Shown here piece by piece: positions 13,261-24,800 of a stretch of 64,000 bases of DNA. The notes below the pieces were generated by a model, which searched no databases, was not told the origin of the DNA, and saw only the letters and a program-made list of their open reading frames with translations. The translations under genes and the position numbers were made by a program. This stretch comes from Lama glama (lineage: Eukaryota), in NCBI GenBank assembly GCA_028534125.1, contig CM052816.1, positions 62,001-126,000 of the forward strand, in the 5' to 3' direction. The first letter of the stretch is position 1. Each line of letters begins with the position of its first letter.

Positions 13261-13515
13261 GGCGACTCTGGGGGCCCACTTGTCTGTGAATTCAACCACA
13301 CCTGGACGCAAATTGGAGTCGTGAGCTGGGGGCGCGGTTGTTCATACCCTATGTATCCTGCAGTTTATGCCCGAGTCTCCTATTTCTCAAAATGGATTCA
13401 TTATCACATAGAACATACACCCATACCTCTTCAGCCGCTCCCCGCCCTCTCCTCCCCTCTGGTGGCTGCCGTCAGTGTCCTCATGACCATGTTGGCTGTC
13501 CTGTCAGTGATATAA
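13261..13515 (+). CDS. PRSS38: serine protease 38, last coding exon with catalytic Ser
   Basis: Acceptor ctctgttttccAG at 13259-13260. Translation [84 protein letters not shown], in frame with the previous exon across a 372-nt GT-AG intron. Catalytic Ser codon at 13267-13269. Confidence 0.92.
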   Translation, partial: GDSGGPLVCEFNHTWTQIGVVSWGRGCSYPMYPAVYARVSYFSKWIHYHIEHTPIPLQPLPALSSPLVAAVSVLMTMLAVLSVI

Positions 13516-13765
13516 AGGCCGAGGCCCCCACCCCAGCTTCCTCATGGCCACATGCCTCTGTCCCTACCCATCTCCGGCCCCTCAGATCTTCACACACCCG
13601 AGCAAGGTGAGGGCCACCAGCCAGGCCCACGTGCAGGGTCCAGGAAAAGGCTGAAAGGGCCACACCCAGGAAGGCAGAGGCTGGTCTCACTACAGAAGGG
13701 CAGGGGGACATGGAAGGGCAGAGCGCCTTAGCTGAGTGCTCCGGACACCTGAGATTCAGTAAGAT

Positions 13766-13771
13766 ATTAAA
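13766..13771 (+). promoter_or_regulatory. candidate polyadenylation signal (ATTAAA) of PRSS38
   Basis: ATTAAA about 250 nt after the stop, followed by a GT/T-rich stretch (tgtgtccttctttgtg) near 13801. Confidence 0.5.
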
Positions 13772-14049
13772 TATTTACAAAGCAAGTGTCCCAGAAGTCC
13801 TGTGTCCTTCTTTGTGCAGGCTCCCTCATGCAGAGTGTGTTCATCACCCTGGTGATGCTGGGATGACAAACAGCAGGGTGAGAGAAGAACAAACCAAACT
13901 GCAGCGTCTCTCGAAGGGACAGCCACACATAAACTGGCGTCTGGACCCGGAGTGCCGAGTGTGACCAAAGCTGGGGCACAGGGAAGCTTGTTGCCTTAAA
14001 AACTTAGACCTGTCAATATCAAAGAGTTTTAAATACCTAAACATCCCAT

Positions 14050-15220
14050 TTGAAAAATGGAAAACATGAGATGGGAGTAGGAACGAGAAGGGAACTAAAA
14101 AAAGATAAAAGGAGAAATCAATAGCCAAACACCAAGAAACAATGAAACTAGCATTTTAGAAGTGTAGTTTTTTTTTAATCAAAAAGTCAGAAAAGAAACC
14201 ACGAACTTAATCAAAATATAATGTGAGACCAAAAATGCACAAAACAAGAAATGACAAGGGGGAAATATCCATTAAACCCAGAAAATAGGAGAAATCATCA
14301 GAGATCTTGAACAACGCTATGTAAATAAATTCAAAATGAAAAGTATTACTTTTTAGGAAATAAATAATTTACAAAAACTAACCCTAGTAGAGGCAGAAGG
14401 CTTAACTAGACCAAATTCCGTAGAAGTGGGGAAATTTCAGCAAGAACGCTTCCTCCCAGTGAAGGCCCTTGGCTGAGATGGTGGGAATCACACCTTCACT
14501 CAGTGCTCATCCCAGTGCTGTCCGTGCTGTTCCAGGCAGACGCAGGCAAGGGAGGGGCGTGTCCATATGCTCCCTAGCAGCACATATGTGTGGAAGACAG
14601 AATCTGATCACACAGAAAAAGATTAAGACAAGCCAACCTGTCGATTTTAAAAATCCTAATGAAGGATTAGCAAACAGAATCCAACATTCTTTTTAAAATA
14701 GTACACTATAGGGTTTATTCTAGTAATGCAAAGATGATTAAGTATTAGGAAGTCCATAGCTATAATTCATGGCCTTAATTGCTTTTCCAAGGAGAATAAA
14801 GTTAATGAAAAGGCTTTTAGCAAATTCAAACCCACTTCCAATTAAAAGAAAAAAAAAGGAATCAATGGATAATAAGATGTGTATGTCAGCCTAAAAGCCA
14901 GCACTTTTCTTAATAGGGAAACACTGAATGAGTTTCTGCTCAACTGTGAAGTCAGGGTCTCAGAAAGTTTTCTCCTTTATCTGCTGCTCCTTAACGTTGT
15001 ATTGGAAGATTGGCCACCACAGTTGCACAAGGGAACCATCCAGGGAAATAGAAGAGAGCCTTTTAAACTATCACCTGTTGTTAAAAAAAAAAAAAAAAAA
15101 CAGACTCAGAGTATAGCTGGAAGACCCAAAGGAAAACTATGAAACTATCATAAATGGTTTAAAAAAAAATTCAGTTAAGTTACTAAATAAAACATGATAA
15201 AATCAGCCTATATTCCAGTT
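14050..15220 (+). mobile_element. old L1 ORF2 fragments
   Basis: A-rich decayed ORF2 phrases (gattagcaaacagaatccaac; gggtttattctagtaatgcaaagatg; ttaacgttgtattggaag). Confidence 0.6.
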
Positions 15221-15260
15221 AGAATATAGACAATGGAAAAAAATATGTACACAGTGGAAA

Positions 15261-15587
15261 AAAAGAAAAGGAAAGAAAAATGAACAAATACAAGACAGGA
15301 ACAGACTCATAGACATAGAATACAAACTTGTGGTTGCCAGGGGGGTGGGAAGGGACAGACTGGGAGTGCGAAATTTGTAGATACTGACAGGCATATGCAG
15401 AATAGATGAACAAGATTACACTGTGTAGCACAGGGAAATACATACAAGATCTTGTGGTAGCTCACGGTGAAAAAGAATGTGACAATGAACACATGTATGT
15501 TCATGTATAACTGAAAAATTGTGCTCTACACTGGAAATTGACACGACATTGTAACTGACTAGAACTCAATAAAATGAAGTTAAAAAA
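15261..15587 (+). mobile_element. 5'-truncated young camelid-type L1 3' end with target-site duplication
   Basis: acagactcatagacatagaatacaaacttgtggttgcc...ctcaataaaa plus A tail, flanked by agaatatagacaatggaa (15221-15238) and agaatatacacaatggaa (15588-15605). Confidence 0.85.
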
Positions 15588-15705
15588 AGAATATACACAA
15601 TGGAAGACAAGACACCAATAATAATAACAATGCAAAAGATAAGATACCTCTGGTCTTAACAAGAAACGTGAAAATTGATATAAGGAAATTTTAAAAATAC
15701 TCCTG

Positions 15706-15738
15706 GAAAACAAAACAAAACAAAACAAAACAAAAACA
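15706..15738 (+). repeat. (AAAAC)n microsatellite
   Basis: Direct reading. Confidence 0.9.
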
Positions 15739-17277
15739 CCACACACACAAAAGGAAACAGTAGATTTGGATGAATGATAAGACAGCCTACATTCTTAAAC
15801 AAATCAACTCAAAATGTGTTTTTTTTTTTTCCTGGAGCTAGATAAGTTGATTTCAAAGTTTATATCAAAACACAAAGAAGCAAGAAAACCCTAGAATAAA
15901 ATTAAATATGAAGGCTGTGGTGGGAACGAATCCAGCAGAAATCAAAATGTCCCGTGAAGATGCTGCAATCGTAACATGCCATTAAGGTTTGACAATTTGT
16001 GTCTGTGCACGCACACCAGTGGATAAAGCACTCAGAGTTGGGCCCAAGTACATGCTGGAAAATCAGCGCGTGAGAAATGTGTCACTTTAAATCACTGAAG
16101 GTGGGTAAATTTTCAAAAGTGCGGTTTAGCATGGCCATATAGAGTTGGTCCCAGAAACAGTATACATCCTGACCAAGTAGACTTTATTCTAGAAATTTAG
16201 GAATGATTGAACACTAGAATTCTTTTAATAGTTCAAAACGTAACCGAATTCATCCCATGCAACATTTACAAGACATTTGTTGGGTACTGCTGTACGCCAA
16301 GCACAGTGACAAGAGACAGCAAAGTGCTTTGTCTCTGCTGTCATTGGCCCTGTGTTCTGGCATGAAGTTGCGACGAAGCTGCACTCAGGGCCAGAGCAGT
16401 GCATTCCCATCATTGTGATCTATAATGTCTGCAACACCTGAGTATTTTAACAGCAACTGGTTAAGACAAACTTGAACTGCACTTGGTGTCTTTCCCTGCC
16501 TGTCCTTCATTCTCATCCAGGGCCACTGGGGATCCAGCGAAGGGAGGGTCAATATGAGATGCGTCTTCCCGCATTACATCTATTTAGGTGGTGTGCATCC
16601 CTCTGCGAAGAGGTGAGTAATTGCTAGACATCTGGGTGCAGCAACGCTGCGGGGAACACTCAGGCCCCGTCCTGTGCGTACAGAAGCACAAGCCAGAAGC
16701 TAGTCTACAAGTGAGAATTTAGTTCTTACCACACAGGTCAAGATGGAAGCTCTCTGCTGTCAGGAATACACTTCATAATACAGCCTATGCAGTGATAAAC
16801 ACTCCAAATATCTACTGTTTGGATGGAATTTCATGAACTAGAACTTACCCGAGTCCCTGTGTCAGATGAGCAGGAAACTGTTAAAGTACCGATCGTGGTG
16901 AAGTGGCCACTGAAGCTGAGCCCTTCATACGTCACAGCTGACCTTCATGTCTTAGCTCCTCCTCCTAGTCTGCCTCGGCAGAGTTTGCCGGTTCCTGGTG
17001 AAACTACACGCTGATTGCTGCAGATGCAGCCAAACTCCCTGGAAAGGTAAGTGTCCCAGTGACACAACTCCCACACACGTATGTCAGTGCATCGGAGAGA
17101 CCAAAGTGGCAACTTAAAATGCATTTAAACTGCTCTTGTGAAAGCCTTAATTTCAGATTACTTTGTGCATTTTTTCAGTATTATTGATCATACTAAAATT
17201 CAAATAATGGCAGACAGCGAGTAACCTAGTCAAACAATGATTAAGGAAAAAAAAAAAGCCAAAAATGCAAACTGGTA

Positions 17278-17455
17278 AGAAGAAAGCAAATGAGAGAGAA
17301 GAAAGGAAGAAAGAAAGGAAGAAAGGAGGGAAAAAAAGAATGAAGGAAGGAAGGAAAGAGAGAGAGAAAGAAAGAAAGGAAGGAAGGAAGGAAAGAAAGA
17401 AAGAGAGAAAGAAAGAGAGAAAGAAAGAGAAAGAAAGAAAGAGAAAGAAAGAAAG

Positions 17456-17526
<71 letters not shown>

Positions 17527-17593
17527 AAAGACAAGACAGGGAGATAAAAGGAAAGAGAAAGAAAAGGAAAAAAGGAAAGAAAAGAAAGAAAAG
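17278..17593 (+). repeat. polypurine compound microsatellite with pure (GAAA)18 core at 17457-17528
   Basis: Direct reading. Confidence 0.95.
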
Positions 17594-18084
17594 ACTTCAG
17601 AGACAAAGCTTCCCTTATTCTCATATCCAAATGGAAACTAAAAACTTTGGTGGTCAAAATCATGAAGGAAGTGAAGATAACAGCCAGGAAAACCAACTGA
17701 GAGAGGACAGAAACGCTAACAGAGGAGATGAAGCAGTTTGTGGGAACCAGGGCGCTCTAACCACAGCAGAACTGAGAGCGACAGCACGTAGCCTGAGGGC
17801 CAGCAGGTGGGAGGAGCAGGTAATTCTGATGAATCTGTTGGCCTTTGTGAGTCCTGTGTTCTTCCACCGTGATGTGGAAATTCATCAGCCCTGTTAATGT
17901 GAAAGAGTTTGTTTTTCAGGCACGACCCCAGTAATATGCATAGATAATCAAACAGAACAGACATCTAGAAGCTTCAGTCAACGTTTAAAAATGGTTTTAG
18001 ATGGTCAAACTTTTCAGATGTCTTGGTTACATTCTCCAAGACTAAAGTTCTCACTTACCATTTTGTTTTAAACGATTGTTTTTC

Positions 18085-18772
18085 TTTTTTTTATTGTAGT
18101 CAATATATATAACATAAAATTTAGTATTTAGACTATTTTTGAGCATACAATTAGTTCAGCAGCATTAAGTTCATTTACTTTACTGTACAACCATCACCAC
18201 TATTCACTGCCAAACTTTTTCACCTTCCCAAACTGAAACGCTTTACCCATTAAACAATAACTTATCTCTCCTCTTCCAGCCTCTGGAACCCACCACTGCA
18301 CTTTCTATCTCTATGAATTTGCTCCTCTGGGAAACTCATATAAGTGGAATGGGACAGAATTTGTCCTTTTGTGTCTGGCTTATTTCACTTAACGTAATGT
18401 TTTCAAGGTTCTTCCATGTTGTAACATGTATTAGAATTTAATTGTATTCACTATGTATTCCATCATATGTATATGCTACAAACTTTTTGTTTGTCCATTC
18501 ATCTGTCAGTGGACATTGGAGTTGTTTCTACCTTTTGGCCAGTGTGAATAATGCTGCTATGCACATTTGGTTACAAGTATCTGTTTGGGTCCTGCTTTCA
18601 TTTCTTTTGTGCATACACCCAGAAGTAGAAATGCTGGGTCATATGGTAATTCTGTTATTTAATTTTTTGAGGAACCACCACAGTTTTCCACAGTAGCTGC
18701 ACCATTGTACTTTCTCAACAGCAGTGTACAGTGGGTCCAATTTCTCCACATCCTCACCAGCACTTGTTTTTA
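18085..18772 (-). mobile_element. L1MB-type 3' end
   Basis: Typical antisense L1MB 3'UTR (ccatcaccactattc...tttgtccttttgtgtctggcttatttcacttaac...ttttgaggaaccacc). Confidence 0.8.
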
Positions 18773-18979
18773 TGATTTTTTAATGCATTCAATTGTCTAC
18801 TCTGAATTCTTTCTATCATAATATCTATTAATAAATTGGATAATCAACGTGGGCTTGACAAATGAGGTTTAATAAGTAAAAACACAAGTATTTCGAAGAT
18901 GATCTGTTTTCCATTATTTATAAGGGGCCCACAGTTTAGTCTATATGAAAAAATTTCCCATTTCTTCTTTTAATACAAT

Positions 18980-21357
18980 TTTACTTTCCATTTACAGTTA
19001 TTACAAAATGTTGGCTACGTGTTTTACAATACATTCTTGAGCCTATCTTACACCCAATAGTTTGAACCTCCCACTACCCCACCCTTGTATTGCCCCCTCC
19101 CCCCTCCCACTGATAATCACTAGTGTGTTCTCTGTATCTGTGTCTGCTTTTTTATTATATTCACTAGTATGTTGTAGTTTTTAGAGTCCACATATTAAGT
19201 GAGATCATACAGTTGAGGAATGTGATTCTTCCAATTCTGTCTGACATTTCACTTAGCGTAACGCCCTCCAAGCGCACCCATGTTGCTGTAAATGGCAAAA
19301 TTTCATTGATTTTTATGGCTGAGTAGTATTCTATTGTACTGCAGCTTCTTTATCCAGTCATCTGTTGATGGACACTTAGGTTGTTTCCATATCTTGGCAA
19401 TTGTAAATAGTGCTTGGGATACGAACACTGGTACACATGCATCTTTACGAAGTATTGCTTTTGTTTTTTTCAGATGTATACCTAGGCGTGCAATTGCTGG
19501 GTCATATGGTAGTTCTATTTTTAGTTTTCTGAGAAACTTCCATACTGTTTTCCACAGTGACTGCCCTGATTTACATCCCCACCAACAGTGTACAAGGGTT
19601 CCCTTTTCTCCGTATCCTCGCCAGCATGTTATTTGTAGACCTTCTGATGACAGCCATTCTGACAGATGTGAGGTGACACCTCATTGTGGTTTTTATTTGC
19701 ATTTCTTTGATGATTAGTGATGTTGAGCATCTTTTCATGTGCCTGTTGTCCACCTGCATTTCCTGTTTGGAAAAATGTCCATTTAGGTCTTCAGCCCACC
19801 CATTTTTCAACTGGGTTGTGTGTGGGTTTCTTTTATATTGAGTTGTATGAGCTGTTTATATATGTTGGCTAGCACCCCCTTATCAGTCATATCATTTGCA
19901 AATATTTTCTTCCATTCAGTAGGTTGTCTTTTCATTTTGTCAAGGGCTTCCTTTGCTGTGCAAAAGCTTTTAAGTTTAATTCAGTTAATTATTTTTGCTT
20001 TTATTTCTTTTACTTCAGGAGACAGATCCAGAAAATTTTTGCTTCAATTTGTATCAAAGAGTGTTCCGTCTATGTTTTCCTCTAGGAGTTTAATAGTATT
20101 CGAGCTTACATTTAAGTCTTCAATGCATTTATTTATGGTGTTAAAGGATGTTCTAATTTCATTCTTTTACAAGTAGCTGTCTGGTTTTCCCAGCACCACT
20201 TATTGAAGAGACTGTCTATTTTCCATTGTATATTCTTGCCTTCTTTGTTGTAGATTAATTGGCCTTAAGTGCGTGAATTTATTTCTGGGCTCCCTGTCCT
20301 GTTCCATTGATCTATGTGTCTGTTTTTGTACCAGTACCATACTGTTTTGATTACTGTAGGTTTGTAGTATAGTCTGATGTTGAGGAATGTGATTCCTCCA
20401 ATTCTGTTCTTCTCAAGATTATTTCGTCTATTCAGGGTCTTTTGTATTTGCTAAATAAAATTAGTTGTTCTCATTCTGTGAAAAATACCATTGGTGTTTT
20501 AATAGGGATTGCACAGAATATGTAGATGGCCTTGGGTAGTATGGTCATTTTAACAATATTAATTCTTCCAAACCAAGAACATGGTATGTTTCCATCTGTC
20601 TGTGTCATCTTCAGTTGCTTTCATCAGTGTCTTACACTTTTCTGAGAACAGGTCTTTTACCTCCTTAGGTAGGTTTATTAATAGGTATTGTATTCTTCTT
20701 GTGTGATGGTAAATGGGATTGTTTCCTTAATTTCTATTTCTGATGGTTCATTGTTAGTATATAGAAATGCAACAGATTTCTGTCTGCTAATTAAGTATCC
20801 TGTAACTTTACCGATTCATCGATGAACACTAGTAGAGTTCTGATGGCGTCTTTAGGATTTTCTGTGGCTAGCGTCATGCCATCTGCAAACTGGCAGTTTT
20901 ACTTCTTCCTTTTCAATCTGGATTCCTTTCACTTCTTTTCTTTGTTTCATCGCTCTGGCTAGGACTTCCAGTACTATGTTAATAAAAGTGGCAGGAGTGG
21001 GCATTCTTGTCTTGTTCCTGATCTTAGAGGAAATGTTTTCAGCTTTTCAAGTATGATACTAGCTGTGAGTTTTGTCATATATGGACTTTATTATGTTGAG
21101 GTATGTTCCCTCTCTGCCCATTTTCTGGAGATTTTTTTTTATCATAACTGGATGTTGAATTTTATCAGAAGCTTTTTCTGCATCTGTTGAGTTGATCATA
21201 TGGTTCTTATGCTTCGATTTGTTAATATGATGTATCACACTGATTGACTGTAGGTATTAAGCCATTCTTGGATCCCCAGGATAAATCCCACTTGATCATT
21301 GTGTATGATCCTCTTAATGTATTGTTGGATCTGGTTTGCTAATATTTTGCTGACATT
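18980..21357 (-). mobile_element. L1 3' 2.4 kb (ORF2 C-terminus plus 3'UTR), artiodactyl type
   Basis: Minus-strand ORF 19571-19810 ([49 protein letters not shown]) is the L1 ORF2 C-terminal region, within continuous antisense ORF2 text. Confidence 0.92.
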
Positions 21358-21809
21358 TAGCCAAAAAAATAGAAACAACACAAATGTCCATCACCTGACG
21401 AATGGATAAACAAAATGTGGTTTATCTGCACAATGGGGTATCATTCAGCCATAAAAGGGAATGAAATTCTGATACATGCTACAGTATGGATGAATCCCAA
21501 AAACACGCTAAGTGAGAGAAGCCAGTCACAAAAGGACACATATTGTGCAATCACATTTATGTGAAATGTCCACAAGAGGTAACTCCAAAGAGACAAAAAG
21601 CAAATTAGCGGTTGCCAGGGGCTGGGGTGAGGGGACAGTCAGATTGACTGCTAATGGGTACGAGTTTTCCTTTTGGGGTGAAGAAAATGTTTGGAATTAG
21701 ATGGAAGTTACACAATAATGTGAATGTACTTAATGCCCCTGAATTGTTCATTTTTAAATGGTTAATGGTTACTTTTATATGTGAATCCCACCTAACTTTA
21801 AAAAAAAAA
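21358..21809 (+). mobile_element. L1MB-type 3' end
   Basis: caaatgtccatc...gaatggataaacaaaatgtgg...gtgagagaagccagtcacaaaagg...ending in an A tail. Confidence 0.85.
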
Positions 21810-24800
21810 GAGAGCGGGGGGCAGGTGTGCAGAACAGTAATATACACATTGCAAGGACACATTCCAATAAAAGCACACTTTGAAAAAATATAAATGATTG
21901 CCTCAGGTGGAGGGGGAAAGGGGACAGGTGTGGCAACAAATGGGCATAAAGAATTGCATAGATAAGCAAGTGAGAAGAGGTGGGCTTGCCCACCCAGGTC
22001 CCAGTGAGAAAAGAAATGAAGCAGAAGACATCCTTCCGGTGGTCGGGGGATGGCTGGGGAGCCCCCCCACCCTAAGTCTCCCAGTCTTTGGTAGCTGGAC
22101 CTCTAAGCACAGCCCCCCAGAGATAGACACAGTCCCTGGGGCTGACCTTTTGCTGGCGGGCCCCCGTGTTGGGCCCACGAGGGAGAGAGACACCCAGGCC
22201 TGGGGGACAGGAGCTAAGGAGGCTGCTAGCAACACAGGCTTCTTCCTCACTCCCTGGGGTGCTTTGCAAGCCTATCCACTGTCTGTTTTTCCTCTGATGT
22301 GGGGGTACTTGATCCTCTTTCTCACTAGCCTAGTAAGTTTTGCTTGGATGCCAGTTTCCTCTGTGTGAGAATCGTGGAAGCTATAGAAGGTCTGTTGGTC
22401 CCCTCTGCTAGGCAGGCGGCGGGTGTGGTCTGATGACCTTAGTTACATGGGGACTGCTCAGGACCAAGGCTCTGTGTAGTCTGGTCACACCTCCAGGTAC
22501 TTCAGAGAAATCCTGCGTGTTCCCCAACAGTCTACTCAGGCTGGCCTTGTGGCCCCCGCATCAAAGACAGCTGGAAAGTGTGTTAGCCTCTTGAGATTTT
22601 TGTCTTGGACTTTAATCTGCTGTCTGAAATTTCAGAATTTCTCCTACTGAGAAAACAGTCTTTGTCTTTGTGGCTCTTCTAGCTTGTCACCCAGTCCAAC
22701 AAGCTGCCAGGACTCTGCTGGTCCCTCTTTTCCAGCCACCCACAGCCAGGCCAAGCCACAACCTAGCTGAGAGGATGCCCATAACTAGCAAGTGCCCTTG
22801 GAAAGGCCTTCCTGGTCCTCAGCTCACCCCGACAGGGCTCTCTCCAGCACACCTCCCCACCCCACCCCACCCCCGCCACTGACAGGCCTCTGTCTCCCCA
22901 GCATCACAGGACTGCGGAAACACTTACTCTGTCTACAGAGCATCTCAGCCTGTCCTCTAACACAGCTGCAGTCCTGAGAGGCCCGGCAGGGAGACAGCCC
23001 TACACAGAGACCTCCTGGGCCTCAGTGTTGCTCAGGTCCACCATGTCCATCCAAAGCTCTGCTGACCTCTGACCATCCCCAGGCCACGGCAGTGGGGGGC
23101 ATGGCCCAGCAGCTTCCTCCCTGCCTGGGCCCTGGGCTTCTGCTGTCCTGGAGTCTGGTGTTGTGTCAGCCTGCCTGTGGGTTTCTGCCGGGCCAGGCCG
23201 TTTTCAGCGTTATAGAGGTCATGTTAGGTTCTGCCGGTGTGATTGTCTCACAAATGAGACTATGGGGAGGGCACCCAAGGTTTGGTTTTCTCCTTCCCCT
23301 GACACCCACCAGCCAGTCCCGGACAGGCATCCCCGCAAGTGGGGGTGGTTTTGAGGCCATCCCCCAGGGGACTGTGGAATAGACTTTTGGCCCCTGGCCT
23401 GACAAGTCCGCTGAAGAGCTACAAAGTCTAAAAATCTCACCTAGCCGCTTGTTACTTGAGAGAGAAGTGTAATTACTCTGTATGTTAACCTCCAATCCAT
23501 TAAACTTGATTAACTCTCTAACAGCTACAATATTTGTCTGTAGATTCTTCTTAGGTTTCCAATGTAGGTCATCAATCATTTGAGGATAAACGGACGTGAC
23601 TTTATTTCCTTTGCTTGCCTTTCATTTTCTCATCACTTCTAGCAAGGCAATGATGCTTTTATGTTAGGAAACACATACCTATAATTAACATCAGGAGAAT
23701 AAAAAAGACATATGAATGTCGCAAACACTTTTGGTCGAATTCAGCATGAAATCGCAATTCAGACATCACAGGCACATCCACGTAAGCCACGCTGCGCACG
23801 CAGGCAGGCTGGGTGCGGGGCCAGCTGTCAGACCAGCCCTGCCCTCAGTCCCCTCCCAGCTCCAGCTCACACCTCCAGGGACTGCAGGGACTGACAAGGT
23901 AAGCTAAGTGGCCGCTTTCCTTGCTCACGGCCTCCCGAATTCTCCCACCGCCAGGGGGCCTTGCACAGCCAGCCGGGAAGCAGGCTCCTGCCTCCCAGTT
24001 TGTCTGTGTGGGTGGGCTTCTTCGCTCAGAAGGACCTGCTGCAGGCAGTTGTGAAGTGAGTGACGCCTGCCTTGGAGGTGCTGAGTTAAGGTGGCAAAAA
24101 TGGCAAGCTGAACCTAGCAGTTTCCAACTTCTCACTGTTTGAGCAGGGGACGCTTCAGAGGGGGTCCAGGTGCGCACAGATCATAAGGAGCCCAGAGGGC
24201 CTGGCTCTAGGGAGTCCCAGGACACAGCCTCCTGCCTGGTCAGGCCCCGCAGGAGCAGCTGCAGGGGTACTTGTTGGACGGGGACCACCTGGCGGCCACT
24301 GGGCCGCAGCACGTGCGGCTCTCAGGCTGGGCACTGGGCCACCCCCTGCCGGCCCCTTTGGGCAGGGGCCCTGCGGCGTGTGTGTGCATGCCGCCCCCAG
24401 CCCCTACGGGCGACGTTGTGAAGGGCCCTCAGTTCTGTGGGCTGGTGTCCAGGGTACCACACGCTCACAGGCTGCAGGATCTCTTTGGAGCCCGTTTCTG
24501 GGATTGAGTGGGCAGCTGAATCCAGAGTGGACAGGGGAGCTGCTCCCCACAAGCCTGGTCAGCCCCACCCAGCCCTTGGGCAGCCCCCAGGGGTGCCTGA
24601 CCACATATTCTGGTGGGTTGTGGTGCCTTTGATCAAGGAAAGAGTTCCGTAAACAGGAGTGCCTATCTGCTCCCAGCTCACAGCAAACTCTTCTCCAGGG
24701 CATCACTGGGCGGACTGCAGGTCTGTAAATTGAGCTGAATTTGGATGCCACCTAGAGAAGTGACGAGACTCTCCTCTCTGTGTTTCTAGGCTTTCCTGCC

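Noticed and set aside
16969..17046. Lipocalin-like FAGSW motif in the exon-like segment
   Set aside because: Followed immediately by a stop, the exon size does not fit, and no other lipocalin exons were seen.
17241..17897. Lys/Glu/Arg-rich 210-aa ORF and Phe/Leu/Ser-rich antisense ORF
   Set aside because: Translations of the (GAAA)n tract.
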